Source: Lama guanicoe (lineage: Eukaryota). From it: a stretch of 64,000 nt of DNA. The stretch is taken from positions 3,522,161 to 3,586,160 of the forward strand of contig MU054323.1 in the NCBI GenBank assembly GCA_013239625.1, written 5' to 3'. Within the stretch, counting starts at the first letter, position 1. Each line of letters opens with the position of its first letter. Below the pieces are notes generated by a model, which ran no database searches, was not told the origin of the DNA, and saw only the letters and a list, made by a program, of their open reading frames with translations. Made by a program: the position numbers and the translations under genes. Below are positions 12,669 through 23,657 of this stretch, piece after piece.

Positions 12669-15600
12669 GTGAGTCCATGATACTGCTTTAGGGGGTGAAA
12701 TCTCTGAACAGCACCAGTTCCAATGATTGTTATTTGAGCTAAGACCCTGAGAAATTGGCTGATGACAGGGCTCCCTTCCTGTACTCATGGGACTTAAATG
12801 CCAGCCCACTATCTATCCTGATAAGTTTATGTAATTATATGAATAATAACTTCTCAAGTAAGCAGAGGACTTTACAGTGTCATACCTATGGTCTCATTTT
12901 GTTGCCCTGGGAGGTAGGCATTGTCATCCCATTTTTCATGTGGAAAAACCAGGTTCATAAAGGGGAAGTGACTTGGAGATCATACCACTAGTAAGAGGCC
13001 ATGCTTGACGACACTCAGCTTGCTTTCTCCTGGACTGCTCTCTCTGGAACACTGTGGTAGATGCAACTTAATTCACACTTGCCAAAGTGTGGGAGCCACT
13101 ACAAGACATGGCATCATGGTTTGGGACAGAAGAACGGGCCAGTCTTGCCTGGCTCAACCCACCTGTGAACCTGGGGCTGGCTAGTCATTGCCCTTGGAGG
13201 TGGGGATGGATCTGCAGGGCTCCCTGGGAGGCATATGAAACGTGCAGACTCTACAGTTACTATGGACTCTTTGCTATCAATCTATTTGCCTACGATGCTA
13301 TTTGTTTTCTTCTGCCCCTGCAGGAGTTTTAAATTCTCATAGAATGAAAACTGCAAGTGTTTTTCTCTTTGTCTCAGGGCTGGCTTAAGGGTCATTACCT
13401 CTCTCAGCGTCTCAGCAAAGGCTCCCTGGAGCGGGGTTTGGGAGAAGTTGGGAGGAGAGGAGGAGCTTGGAGACTAAAGTTTAAGAGCAGAGAGAGACGG
13501 GAGTCCTGGTACCTGGTTTTTATTCTTGCGTGTAATTCCTTATGCCTCAATTCTTTGCCTATAAAAATGGGCTGGCCTGCCTACTTCACAGGGCTTTGGG
13601 GTACCAAACGGTATAATCACCTGTGGGGGATGGCTCGGGCTCCAAGTGCTATCAACAGCTGTACAGTTGCAATGTTAGGTGAATGATAAGGTGCACTCAG
13701 GTTGGCTCTGGGGTGGAGTAGGGGTTGCAGAGCTCACCTAGGTGATGGAGGCTAGGCTCCTTTCTCTCTGCCCTCAGGCCCTGGGCTCAGAGCTGTCCAG
13801 GGAAAAAGTAAGGGGCCCAAAGATGAGCACCCATGCTCTAGAGCAGGGATCGGCCAACTTTTCCTACAGAGGATCAGAGACTTGATATTTTAGGCTTTGA
13901 AGGCCACACGGTCTCTGTCATGGCTACTCAACTCAGTTGCAGCATGATAACAGCCATAAGTAAACAAATGAGTGGGGCTGTATCTGGATAAGTTTTATTT
14001 ACAAAAACAAATTGGCTGGATTTGGTCCATAGGCCATAGTTTGCTGTATATTGAACATTTTGGACAAATGTGGATTTTAAAGCAAAAACAAAACCACTCC
14101 TCTGAAGGCTAGCATTTAAAATTCTGCCTCTACCTCTGCCCTCTGAAGCACATGGTAGGTGTATCTTTGTTTGTTCCACACTCTTTTTTCAAGAAACTAC
14201 AGAGCCTCTGCCAAATTCGGGCCAGCCTTATGCCTATATGCCCTGGGATTTGAGTGGAGAGTTAAGGTACTTGAGAATGAAACCAGGAAATCTCACTGTT
14301 CTTATGGTGTCTTGGCCAGAAACCTGTTTGGGGCACAACTCATGCCTCTGTAGCTGTCACAGCTCATTAGCTGGCAGGTGGGCTGTCCAAGCTGAGGCAA
14401 GTTCAGTGGCACACAAGGCTTCTTCCCTCTGACTTGGCGTGGGCTGGGTCATGCAGACTGCAGTGATGAGGAATTTGTTACTATGATTGGGGCAATTTTC
14501 TTTGCCTTCAGATTCCCAGATTTTGGACCTGGAAGGGACCTGAGAGAACCCATCTCACACGAGAATCCATTGCTGTCCTATTTGCGTCACTATCACAACT
14601 TTGCTACGTGACCTGCTAGGTTGGGTGACCAACCATCCTGGTGGCCCAGGACTGAGGGATTCCCAGGGATGTTGGACTTTTAGTGTTTAGAGCTGGAAAG
14701 ACCCAGGCAAACTGGGATGAATTGATCACCATTCCTGGCCTTTGCCCTTGGAGTACAGGACAAAACGAGACAGGACAGAGGCTTGGATAGAGTAAAGCAG
14801 GTGTGCTTGCTGGGGCACTGCTCCCACTTGCTGCTGGAGCTCAGAAAAGGGAGCTCCCATGAGGCAGAGTAGTCAGGGCGGCTTCCTGGAAGAGGAGGGC
14901 TGGGGCTGAACCTCAAAGGACTGATGTTTTTGGCAGAATAGCCATGTAGAAGCAGTAGGAACCTGAACCAGACAGAACAGGGCATGTTTGTGTCTCAAGG
15001 AAAAAATAAGGGAGAGGGGGTGTTTGAGGACAGACGTAGCACCCAGGCTGATCACAAGGACTGGAAGCGGGCCCTGAGATTACTTCTCCATCCTCAATGC
15101 CCCCTACCCTCCCCTGCAGATCCACCTTCAAATTTTTCTGTGGGCAGAACTCAGCCCTGGCAGAAAGCTCTAGAAACTGCTTTTTATATAATATTGGAGA
15201 ACAGAAGATACGCTTCTCAGGGGCAGATGCTTAAATGGGGGAGGGTCCTATCTAGTTGGTAGGGGAGGTCTGCCTGGGACTGTGGTGCAGCCCCACAGGG
15301 ACCGCTCTGTGCTTCGTTGAAAGCGCGCTCCCTGCATCTTGGTAAGGTAGGACCTCTTCTCTGTTTTGTTTCATGTTACGTTGTAAGTGTCAGGAACAGC
15401 AGTGCCATGCTCTGGGGTAACTGTTGGTACTTAGGGGAGAGGCTCTGATTTCATCAGTGCTTGCCAACCCTTACCAAGGTAAGCCAATGGCATCTAGCTG
15501 TCCAGGAGACCCAGGAGTGCTGTGGACACGCTTCTTTTACTTTAAGGTATGTTCTTACTTTGAAGTCTAAAGATGTCTACCCACGGCTTGCCTGAGCCTG

Positions 15601-18600
15601 GGGAGTGTTGGGTAAAGTTCCAGAGGGAGGCCCCTTCCCTCTGTTTGCTCTTGGCTCCAGAATGATGTCCAGAAGTAGGGGTGCAGAGTAGGAGGGTGTA
15701 TTCTACACTCTGATTTCACCCAATTTTCATCCATTCCTCAATTTTTAAATTTAACTTAATTTAATTTTTGTTTTTGTTTTAATTTTTTAATTGAAGTATA
15801 GTCAGTTTACAATGTTGTGTCAATTTCTGGTGTACAGTGTAATGTTTCAGTCATGGATATACATACATATATTCATTTTCATACTCTTTTTCATTATAGG
15901 TTATTACAAGATATTGAATATAGTTCCCTGTGCTATACAGTAGAAATCTGTTGTTTATCTATTTTATATACAGTAGGTAGTATCTATGCATCTCAACCTC
16001 CCAATTTATCACTCCTCAATTTTTATTGAATGCCTGCTCAATACATTTTTGGGGGGTGACCAGTGGTTGGCTGGGTGCTGAGGCTCCAACAGTGCAAACC
16101 AGTCCAAGTACCCACAGTCCCTGTGTCCAAGCCCTTCCTTTCCCTTCCTGTCTGCTGATCCTTACACCCTGCAGAGAGGCAGAGCAGTGGGGAAGCCCCA
16201 TTTCACAGATCCCCAGTGATCCCCAGTGATCTCCAATGATCCCCAGTTCCCCCAGTGATCCCCAGTTTCCACTTGAGGAGACTGAGGATCAGAAGAGAAT
16301 CCCTGGTGTAATGGCCTGTGTCCCAGGGACACAGAAACTAGGCAGGGTTGGCGTGGTGGGTCCTGGAATATTAGCTGGAGCTATCAGCTGACTTTGGAGA
16401 GCTGTAACTTTCCTGTCTCTTCTCCTCGCCTGTGCTCTTGTGGTTGCCCCTGGTGGGCACACCTCCCTATTCCACCAGCCTGATTCGCCTCCATTCTTCA
16501 AGGAGAACGCAGCATAAGGCCCTGCTCATTCCGGAGGCTCTGCCGGTGTCTCCTCTCCCCTCTCCACCCTGTCAGCCCTCTGAACCTCCACTGCTCTGAC
16601 TGTCAGTGCCCTTCACGGCCTCCCAGCGCATCTGCCCCTTGGTGTGTCTGTGCCGTGAGACTCGGAGCTCATGGAGGAGGTTGCACAGGGCCTGAGTGGC
16701 CCCTGGCTTGGCACATGCCCTGTGGCCAGGATAAGCTCGGTGCTGCACTGCTGAGCTTGTTCTGGGGGCCTGGAAAGGACCTCACTTGCTAACATGTGGC
16801 CTTTTCTCCCTGACTCTGCAGCAGAACTTGGTGTGGGCGCTGATGATTGCCATCCCCCTTGTTACTGGCTTGTACATCCTGGTCAACATCAGTTACCTGC
16901 TAGTGTTGTCGCCCCGCGAGATCCTTTCCTCTGATGCTATGGCCGTGAGCTGGGGGTGAGTGAGTCATGTGACGTGTTCACGGCCCTAGGGAAGGCTGGT
17001 GCCCCATGAGTGTTTCAACCTGCCCCTGGGTCTGGCTTGCTCCATTTCTGAGTGGGCTCCTGAGTCCGTCTTCCAGGTTGTTGCCAAGAGATCCTGCCCT
17101 TGATCCCTCTGTTGTCCTAGGAACCAGGTTCTGGGGGCCTGGGCCTGGCTGGTGCCCTTGGCTGTCGCACTCTCCACGTTCGGCTCTGCCAACGGGACGT
17201 TCTTCAGCGGAAGCCGTGTGTGCTATGTGGCTGCGAGAGAGGGCCACATGGTGAGATGGGGTCTGGGCTGGGCAAGGGGGGTGCTGGAGGGACTTCTCCG
17301 GCCGGAGGCTTAGCATTCAGAGCAAACCAGGACTTGCCCTAAAGACACAGCCCTCTCCTGAGAGTGGGACTCAAGCATCTCATACCTCCCCATTTAAACG
17401 CCAGCCCCTTTACATCCAGGTTCTGGGAGATCACCCTAATGGGTCACACTGAGGAGGCTGGAGGTGATGAGAACGTTTGCGCACGCCGGTGGTGTGGGGG
17501 CAGCGGGAAGGAACCACAGGAGCAGAGCCAGTGTGTACTCTGGGCCCTCCCCCGGGGCCACTCTGTCAGCTTTTGCTGCAAGAACGCTGAGTGGTAGACA
17601 ACCCCCAACCTCGGTGGCTTACGGCAGCAAACATTTCATGTTGCTCATGCATCGGTGGGTCAGCCATGGCTCTGCCCCAGGCTGGGGCTCCTGTTTGGAT
17701 CTTCTCAGTCTGACTGTGAGTCTGTGCGTATCTCAGGGACCCAGGCCAAAGCGGCTCCTGGGGCATGCTTTTGCCAGACCAGGTGGCAGGAGTTCAAGAG
17801 ACCCAGCCAGACCACTACACATATTTAGATCTGCTGGGTTGCTCCTGCTCACACTTCGCTGGCAAGTCCAGCATCAGTGGATGGAAGCTGTATTTCTCCC
17901 ACAGAAGTGGGGAGAGGGGGACTGGGTGTTTGCTGAATGATAACACTGTGCACAGTAACGCAATATCCCTCTGCATGCTCCACCCATACCTGCCCCGGCC
18001 TCTTCCCCAACTTCCTCTGTCTCCATCGCCCCCCTGCAAATCCCTCTTCCTGTCTTGGGAATGAGCAATAAAAAGCTGAAAGATTCGGCCAGGCATCTGC
18101 TACAACCCTCCACACTCTCTTAACCCCACATCCTAAGCTTTTGGGTCTTGGCTGGCCTGGAGGGATGGGTCCCCAACCTGCACTCTGAGCCTAGTCACCC
18201 CCGGTGAGTCATGGTGGCCTACATCTGGAAGCCATGGGAACTGGGGACTGTTAGGCTGGGTACACTAGTGTCCAGAGTTTGGCAAGGGAAGAGGGTGGGA
18301 GCTTCTGGGGACAGATACCCACTTCAATCCCCCCTGGGGGCTGCCTGACAGCTGGCTTTGCTTCCCAGCCCCGACTTCTGTCTATGGTTCATGTGCACCG
18401 CCTCACACCAGCTCCAGCCCTGCTGTTCACCACCATGGTGGCTTTGGTCCTGGTCATCCTGGGAAGCTTCAGCCCCATCGTGAACTTCTTGAGGCAAGTG
18501 AGGCTGCCCTCCCAGGCTGAGTATCTCATGGCCCCTATGTGTACCCACTTACCATGTGCACACTTCTAGAAGTCCCCAATGTGTGCACACTCACACATAT

Positions 18601-20930
18601 GCACATACATATAATCACATATGCACACACATTTCTAGAAGCTCCTATGAATGTACACACACACACACACACACATACACACTTCTGGAAGCCCAGGCTC
18701 AGGGATCCTGCACATGCACACCGGTTTCAGCCATTCTCTCTCAGTTGTTGTTCCAGAATTAAATGTGGTTTCCTCCTCTCTTGTCCTGTTTCCAAAAATT
18801 CAGTGAGACAATTTCTCACCACAGAGAGAGACAAATTAAAGGTTTGTGTTGTCTTTGTCAGTTTTTTCTTTTTTCATGTCCCTTTACTCTGTCCCTAAGA
18901 TGACGTGAAAGGATATATTCAGGCTTTACTCACACCTCTTGTAGCCCTGGGCTTGGTGTAGTTTTTCCCTTGTAGTCTGGTCTGCATTCTCGATCTGACC
19001 CCACAGAACCCTATTGAGGGTGGACCCACAACCAAGCTGTGTGGGCACAATCAGTGACTGCATCAAAGGGCGGAGATGTTGTAACCCTCTTTATCACCTT
19101 CTCTGGGGCAGAAATGATGGGCTGTTGTGACATCCATGACAATTGTCATTTTATAACCTCATTCAACGGGCAGATCCTTAACAGGCAGGCATAATGTCTG
19201 GGGCAGAGAGGGTGCTTAGAATGATTTTTCAAGCATCACATGTTCTCCTGCTTTGTTGTCTTAAGTGTAGTTAGTCTTCTGGAATAGGATGTACAGTGCT
19301 CCATGTGCCTTTCTTCAGAACATTACGTAACAGACATGGTTTTTCTTTTTATTTTTTTCCCATGAGAAAGAATGAAATCAATACACGGTGTGAATAAAAT
19401 CAAATCCAGGGTGTCTCTAGGGGATTTAGCCTGAGACAGGGATCCTGACTGAGAATGTCCCGGTACAGAATGAGAATTCTGGGATGATTCCGCTCAGCCA
19501 GGACCCAATATCTCCTGGTCTTGACCAACTCAAGAGACGACCTGGTCTGAACCTTGCCTCTAAGGTCACATGGAGTTTTCATCAGACCTACATCAGCCCT
19601 TAGGGGAGGCAGAGGCCAGGGGTTTGTCTGGGTGCCCAGTGGTGCACTCATGTCACCAGCTCTCAAGTTGGGGGTGGGGTGGGGTGGGTCTGCTATGAGT
19701 GTGCTGGTCTCTGAGGAGAGCTCAGCCTTCCTTGAGATTCTACCAGCCTCTTTCTTTGAGGAACACAGATTCTCCTCCTCCCCTTTGAAAATTGTCCAGC
19801 CAGGGGCCGTCAGAGAAGGCCTGATCTGGTGCCACGTGGGTGAGAGGCTTGTACATGTGCCACTTTGTATCTGAAGACAGAGGCAGGAACGGGCCACTGT
19901 GCACCGCCCCTGTGCATCCTTGTCCCCAGCGGCCCAGCCTTGCCTTCTTTCCTTAGTCTGCACAGGTAAGGGGAGCTGGGGGTGGTTGAAAGACCCTGGA
20001 CGAGGGTGCAGCTTGGCCCCGGGTTGCAACTATAGGCCAGCCACTCTTGCCCTCCCACCTGTGGCCGAGCCTGGCAGTAAGCAGCTAGTGTCTGCCTTTC
20101 AGCTTCCTTTCCTGGCTCACCTACGGAACCACCATTAGCTGTCTCCTGTACTTGCGGATGAAGAAGAAGAGTCTTCCCCGACCTTACAAGGTAGACTTTG
20201 GGATACATACGAGGCGTGTACAACTCAAGGCTGTGGCATGAGGCGGATCATTGGACCACAGCCTCATTCAGGGCCCAGAGGAAGAATGTAAGGGGTGACC
20301 ACTGTCGTATTTGGGAGATAATTTCTGTATGTCCCGGGGGGGAGGGACAGCGGAATCACAAGGCGTCTACTCTGCTTGCTGGGGCCTCATTTCTCCTCTG
20401 GAGGAACCTGAGGGAGAGCAACAGGAGATGAATGAAGAGAGGACATATGCACACAGCGGGAGTCATGTAATACAGAGTGGATCAGGCTGGGTCCCAAAGC
20501 CTCTGCTCCCTGGAGGGCCCCCTGTGGCCCAGCAGGTGTCTCCCCTTGCCTGGCAAGGTATCACAGCAGGGACCGGAAGAGAGGAGCTGGTGGCAGGTGG
20601 AAGTGACAGGAAGGCAAGCAGGAGGGACAGAGCCCAGGGGTCATATACCACCTCCTATGACCCTCTTCATCATCCAGGTCTCTGTGTCCACGGCAGGTCC
20701 CCACCATCATCCCTGCCATCATGCTCCCTGCCTCCCTCTACCTGGTGCTAGCACCCATCATTGACCAACCTCAGACAGATTTCCTGTACGTCCTCCTGTT
20801 CCTGCTCAGTGGCTTCCTGGTCTATTTCCTGTTTGTCTACTTCCGGTGCCAACCCAAGTGTTTACAAGTGGCTACCCTGCATCTCCAGCTGCTCCTGGAA
20901 GTTGTTCCAACCACTAAAAATGCTGACTGA
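11916..20930 (+). CDS. SLC7A15: SLC7A15 (arpAT, aromatic-preferring L-type amino acid transporter light subunit); 6 coding exons join(11916..12668,16822..16955,17121..17250,18369..18493,20103..20190,20697..20930), 1464 nt = 487 aa + stop
   Basis: Manual splicing gives an uninterrupted frame with LAT-family motifs: GCMIGSGIFMSP, LCYAELGT..PESGGEYAY, YQGLWSFDGWN..EELKNP, STFGSANG..GSR..YVAAREGH, RPYKVP. The extracellular-loop Cys (PLYPGCS) for heavy-chain disulfide linkage is present. Position next to RHOB fits known Slc7a15 synteny. Confidence 0.9.
13844..14048. mobile_element. MER58A-like hAT element in SLC7A15 intron 1
   Basis: CAGGGATCGGCCAACTTTT..TATTTTAGGCTTTG..GGCCATAGTTTGCTG. Confidence 0.65.
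14622..14732. mobile_element. MER94/MER81-like hAT-Blackjack MITE
   Basis: GGGTGACCAACCATCC...GGGATGAATTGATCACC terminal inverted repeats. Confidence 0.55.
15748..16012 (-). mobile_element. L1 3' end fragment in SLC7A15 intron 1
   Basis: Same family as 7030-7250; 13-bp TSD TCCTCAATTTTTA at 15735-15747 and 16013-16025. Confidence 0.85.
16208..16268. repeat. 10-bp minisatellite (CCCCAGTGAT)n, ~6 imperfect copies
   Basis: gat ccccagtgat ccccagtgat ctccaatgat ccccagttcc cccagtgatc cccagtt. Confidence 0.8.
16822..16955 (+). CDS. SLC7A15: SLC7A15 coding exon 2 (QNLVWALMIAIPLVTGLYILVNISYLLVLSPREILSSDAMAVSW+G)
   Basis: Pyrimidine tract then CTGCAG|CAG acceptor; donor GG|GTGAGT at 16956; phases compatible with neighbours. 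Confidence 0.9.
17121..17250 (+). CDS. SLC7A15: SLC7A15 coding exon 3 (NQVLGAWAWLVPLAVALSTFGSANGTFFSGSRVCYVAAREGHM)
   Basis: TCCTAG| acceptor; ATG|GTGAGA donor; LAT motif. Confidence 0.92.
18369..18493 (+). CDS. SLC7A15: SLC7A15 coding exon 4 (PRLLSMVHVHRLTPAPALLFTTMVALVLVILGSFSPIVNFL+S), GC donor
   Basis: TTCCCAG| acceptor; AG|GCAAGT donor at 18494 is required to keep the frame into exon 5. Confidence 0.85.
20103..20190 (+). CDS. SLC7A15: SLC7A15 coding exon 5 (FLSWLTYGTTISCLLYLRMKKKSLPRPYK)
   Basis: CTTTCAG| acceptor; AAG|GTAGAC donor; LRxxxxxxxRPYK motif of LATs. Confidence 0.9.
20697..20930 (+). CDS. SLC7A15: SLC7A15 coding exon 6 (VPTIIPAIMLPASLYLVLAPII...LQLLLEVVPTTKNAD*)
   Basis: CGGCAG| acceptor, in frame with ORF 20721..20930; b0,+AT-like C-terminal LQLLLEVVP; TGA stop. 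Confidence 0.9.
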   Translation, partial: VPTIIPAIMLPASLYLVLAPIIDQPQTDFLYVLLFLLSGFLVYFLFVYFRCQPKCLQVATLHLQLLLEVVPTTKNAD

Positions 20931-21059
20931 AGGACTGAACAGGTCCACACTGCCCTCTTTGCTGTAGACACCTCTGTCCCCACACAAGTGGCCTTGCCAA
21001 CTTCTCTGGATTGACTATGCATAATTATACTAAGTTTCTAAATTGCTATGACACAGCTA

Positions 21060-21610
21060 TTGCCAAGTTTGGGGTTATCTGCCCAGGACAGCATCTTCTT
21101 TAGGAACTGTTCCTTCAACACAGGTGGATCTCATAGCCACACTTGTATTACATGACTGCCTCCCTGGGTCACATCTATGTCATATTCCAGGTGGGCATCT
21201 TAACAAATGTTTTCTTCTTTTGGAATTTTGGGATTAGAATTCTGATGGTTGCTTGAGCTGAGGAATTGTAAATCTTGGGATCTCTGTGGGCCATCTTCCA
21301 TCATGTGAGCAGAGAAGTAGAGAAAGCCACCACGGAGAGAAGAACGAAGAAGATACACAGTGAGGTGGTGCTGAGAAATTGTGTGGTCATCAGGAGTTGG
21401 GGGGAAAGCCTGAGAGGGCAGTAGCCTTAATCCTTGGCTGTTTTTCAGTTCTGGACTTTTATTTCTGTGGTCTAACTGCCATCTGACTGTCCTTCCTGCT
21501 TTGTGATTGTCTGGGGCAACCTGATACCTTATAATAAATTTCCAGTTTGGGCTAAAGTGGGTTTGAACACGTCCTTATTTCTTGCAACTAGAAAAGCTTT
21601 GGTCTGACAA
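21060..21610 (+). mobile_element. MaLR LTR (MLT1-like) in sense orientation just after the SLC7A15 stop
   Basis: GGCCATCTT..CATGTG, then AATAAATT..GCTAAAGTGGGTTTG..CTTGCAAC 3' end typical of MLT1. Confidence 0.5.
21533..21538 (+). terminator. Candidate SLC7A15 poly(A) signal AATAAA
   Basis: First AATAAA/ATTAAA seen after the stop codon; lies within an MLT1-like LTR 3' end. Confidence 0.45.
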
Positions 21611-22124
21611 AACTTGTTTGGGAAGACGTGATCCTTTAGTTAATGTTTAAAGCTGCCAACTTGCTTGAACAGGGAAAGAAACAAGAGACATATCCCTGGG
21701 AAGGAGGGGTTTTGTGGCTTTGGGTAAAAGGGAGGACAGTCAAATTTCTTAAAGAAAGGAAGAAAAGTTAGAGCAGATCCCAGAAGGCTCATGCGGTTAC
21801 AGAACTAAAGAGCGTCAAGGGGGCAGAGATATCTGGCTGCCCAGGTAGGAAAGAGGGACAGGAAGAAATGACTGTTGCACCTAAGTGCGTGGGGAGAGGT
21901 GACTCCAAGAGGAGCGGCAGAGAGCGCTGCATCTCTTCTCCTGAAACTGGACCTAGGATGCCCGCCCAGGGCTTTGCTCTCTCAGCTTTCCGATATGGAA
22001 ACGGCTGCGATAAATACAGAGCACTTCCCATGGGCTTCCTTTTGCTCTACCATCTCGGAAATACATGCCCTTAGGAAACATCTTTTTTATAGACTAAAGT
22101 TTATATTTGTATACTTATGCTTTT

Positions 22125-22452
22125 AATTTTTTTTAAACTGAAGTATAGTCAGCTTACAATGTTGTGTTAATTTCTGGTATACAGCATAATGTTTCAATTA
22201 TTCATATACATACACATATTCATTTTCATATTCTTTTTCATTATAGGTTACTAGAAGACACTGAATATAATTTTCTCTACTATACAGTATAAATTTGTTT
22301 ATCTATTTTATATATAGTAGTTAGTGTCTGCAAATCTTGAATTCCCAGTTTACCCCTTCCCACCCCCTTCCCCTCACCCACCCCCGGTAATCGTTAAGAT
22401 TGTTTTCTGTGTCTGTGAGTCAGTCTGTTTTGTAAATAAGTTCATTTGTGTT
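22125..22452 (-). mobile_element. L1 3' end fragment
   Basis: TGAAGTATAGTCAGCTTACAATGTTGTG...CCCTTCCCACCCC..; same family as 7030-7350. Confidence 0.8.
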
Positions 22453-22539
22453 GATGTGCTTTTAACTTTAAAATAAAAAATACTATGCAATTTTTAAATG
22501 TGGAAAATTATGTGATATTATATACATTTTTTAAGAGGT

Positions 22540-23657
22540 CAGAATTTTATTGCTTTAGTCCAAAGTCTTCTTTGGGTCCTTCAGAAAAAAAGTCAGAAAC
22601 AAAGCTATCTTAAAACTGTAACATGGTGGGGAGGGCATAGCTCAGTGGTAGACTGTGTGCTTAGCATGCACGAGGTCCTGGGTTCAATCCCCAGTACCTC
22701 CGCTAAAATAAATAAATAAAAACCTAATTATCCACTCCCTGTAAAATAAAAATAAATGAATAAAACCCACAACTTAGCAGTAAAAAAAAAGGTGAATTTC
22801 TGAATATAAGAGTAAACAGCATCTTTAGAGCTAGTGTCCCGTTAGAGGTGCTCTGATTGGTATGTCACCAATGCCAGGTGATCCGGTCAGAGACAAAAGG
22901 CAGAGAAGTACTTAGATGGTGAGACAAGAACCAGGTAGGAAGATAGCCACTTGGCAGAGAAGGAAGAGCCCGGCCTCAGCCTCCCTTCTCACTGGGCGCA
23001 GGCGTGTCCCGGGCCCTCCCACAGGCCCCGGAGATCGGGTATCTTGTGAGGCACAGGCCCTGTGAGGCCGGGTGAACCCGAGTTACTGCCTTTGTCCGCT
23101 GACCCTGCTCCAGGAGCCCCAGCTCTGTCTGCGAGTCATTGATCCTGGCGCCACTCCTGACTGTTAATCATCGCAGCCCAGAGAGGGGCCTCTTGAGTGG
23201 GAACCTCAGACAGGGAGGGATTCCACCCCGTCTCTATGGGCAACCGGGCAGTTGTACAGTCTCCATCAGCTGTTTCAAGCGCAGTGCTGGGAACGTGCCC
23301 CGGCCCGCCTGCTCTGGGGGTGTGGTGGGGCCCGACTGGGCGGCCCAGGAAGTCCATGGGGCCAAGTGAGGCTGTGAGGGCAGTTTGGCTCAGATAATAG
23401 GGGGCCCCGAGTGAGGCATCGGGGCTTGAGTTAACCTGCAGCTTTGGGGAGGAGAGTGGTGCTTTGGAAGATGAATCTAGCTCCTTGGGCTGTAAGGAAT
23501 GAGGAAGAGAGTGACTATAGAGGGGACCTGGGGTAGAGGGTGGCAGTGTTTATGAGAGGCACGAAGGACCTGGGACACACAGCAAGGAGGACCAGCCTGG
23601 TCTTCCTGGTTGCAGGTGAGGAGGAGAAGACGTCAGCTAGGACTCAGGGTTCGCGCC
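22540..23657 (+). repeat. Direct repeat copy B (paralogous to 1304-2333); core ~22963-23520
   Basis: As for copy A; paired ORFs 1815..2045/23136..23357 and 1818..2057/23139..23369 confirm the match. Confidence 0.92.
22628..22765 (+). mobile_element. tRNA-Ala-like SINE (camelid Vic-1-like)
   Basis: GGGGAGGGCATAGCTCAGTGGTAGACTGTGTGCTTAGCATGCACGAGGTCCTGGGTTCAATCCCCAGTACCTCC followed by an (AAAT)n tail. Confidence 0.85.

Noticed and set aside
12669..12680. Single-exon 254-aa truncated transporter (stop at 12680)
   Set aside because: The stop lies in intron 1, after a consensus GTGAGT donor; downstream exons complete the protein.
19400..20029. 209-aa minus-strand ORF in SLC7A15 intron 4
   Set aside because: No recognisable domain or typical protein composition; expected by chance in GC-rich DNA.
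20678..20696. Upstream acceptor CATCCAG|GTC for the last SLC7A15 exon
   Set aside because: It adds 19 nt and breaks the frame. The acceptor at 20696/20697 gives the conserved RPYK-VP junction.
22628..22701. tRNA-Ala(AGC)-like gene
   Set aside because: It has an A-rich tail and three related copies in the window, two of which show TSDs. It is a tRNA-derived SINE, not a tRNA gene.
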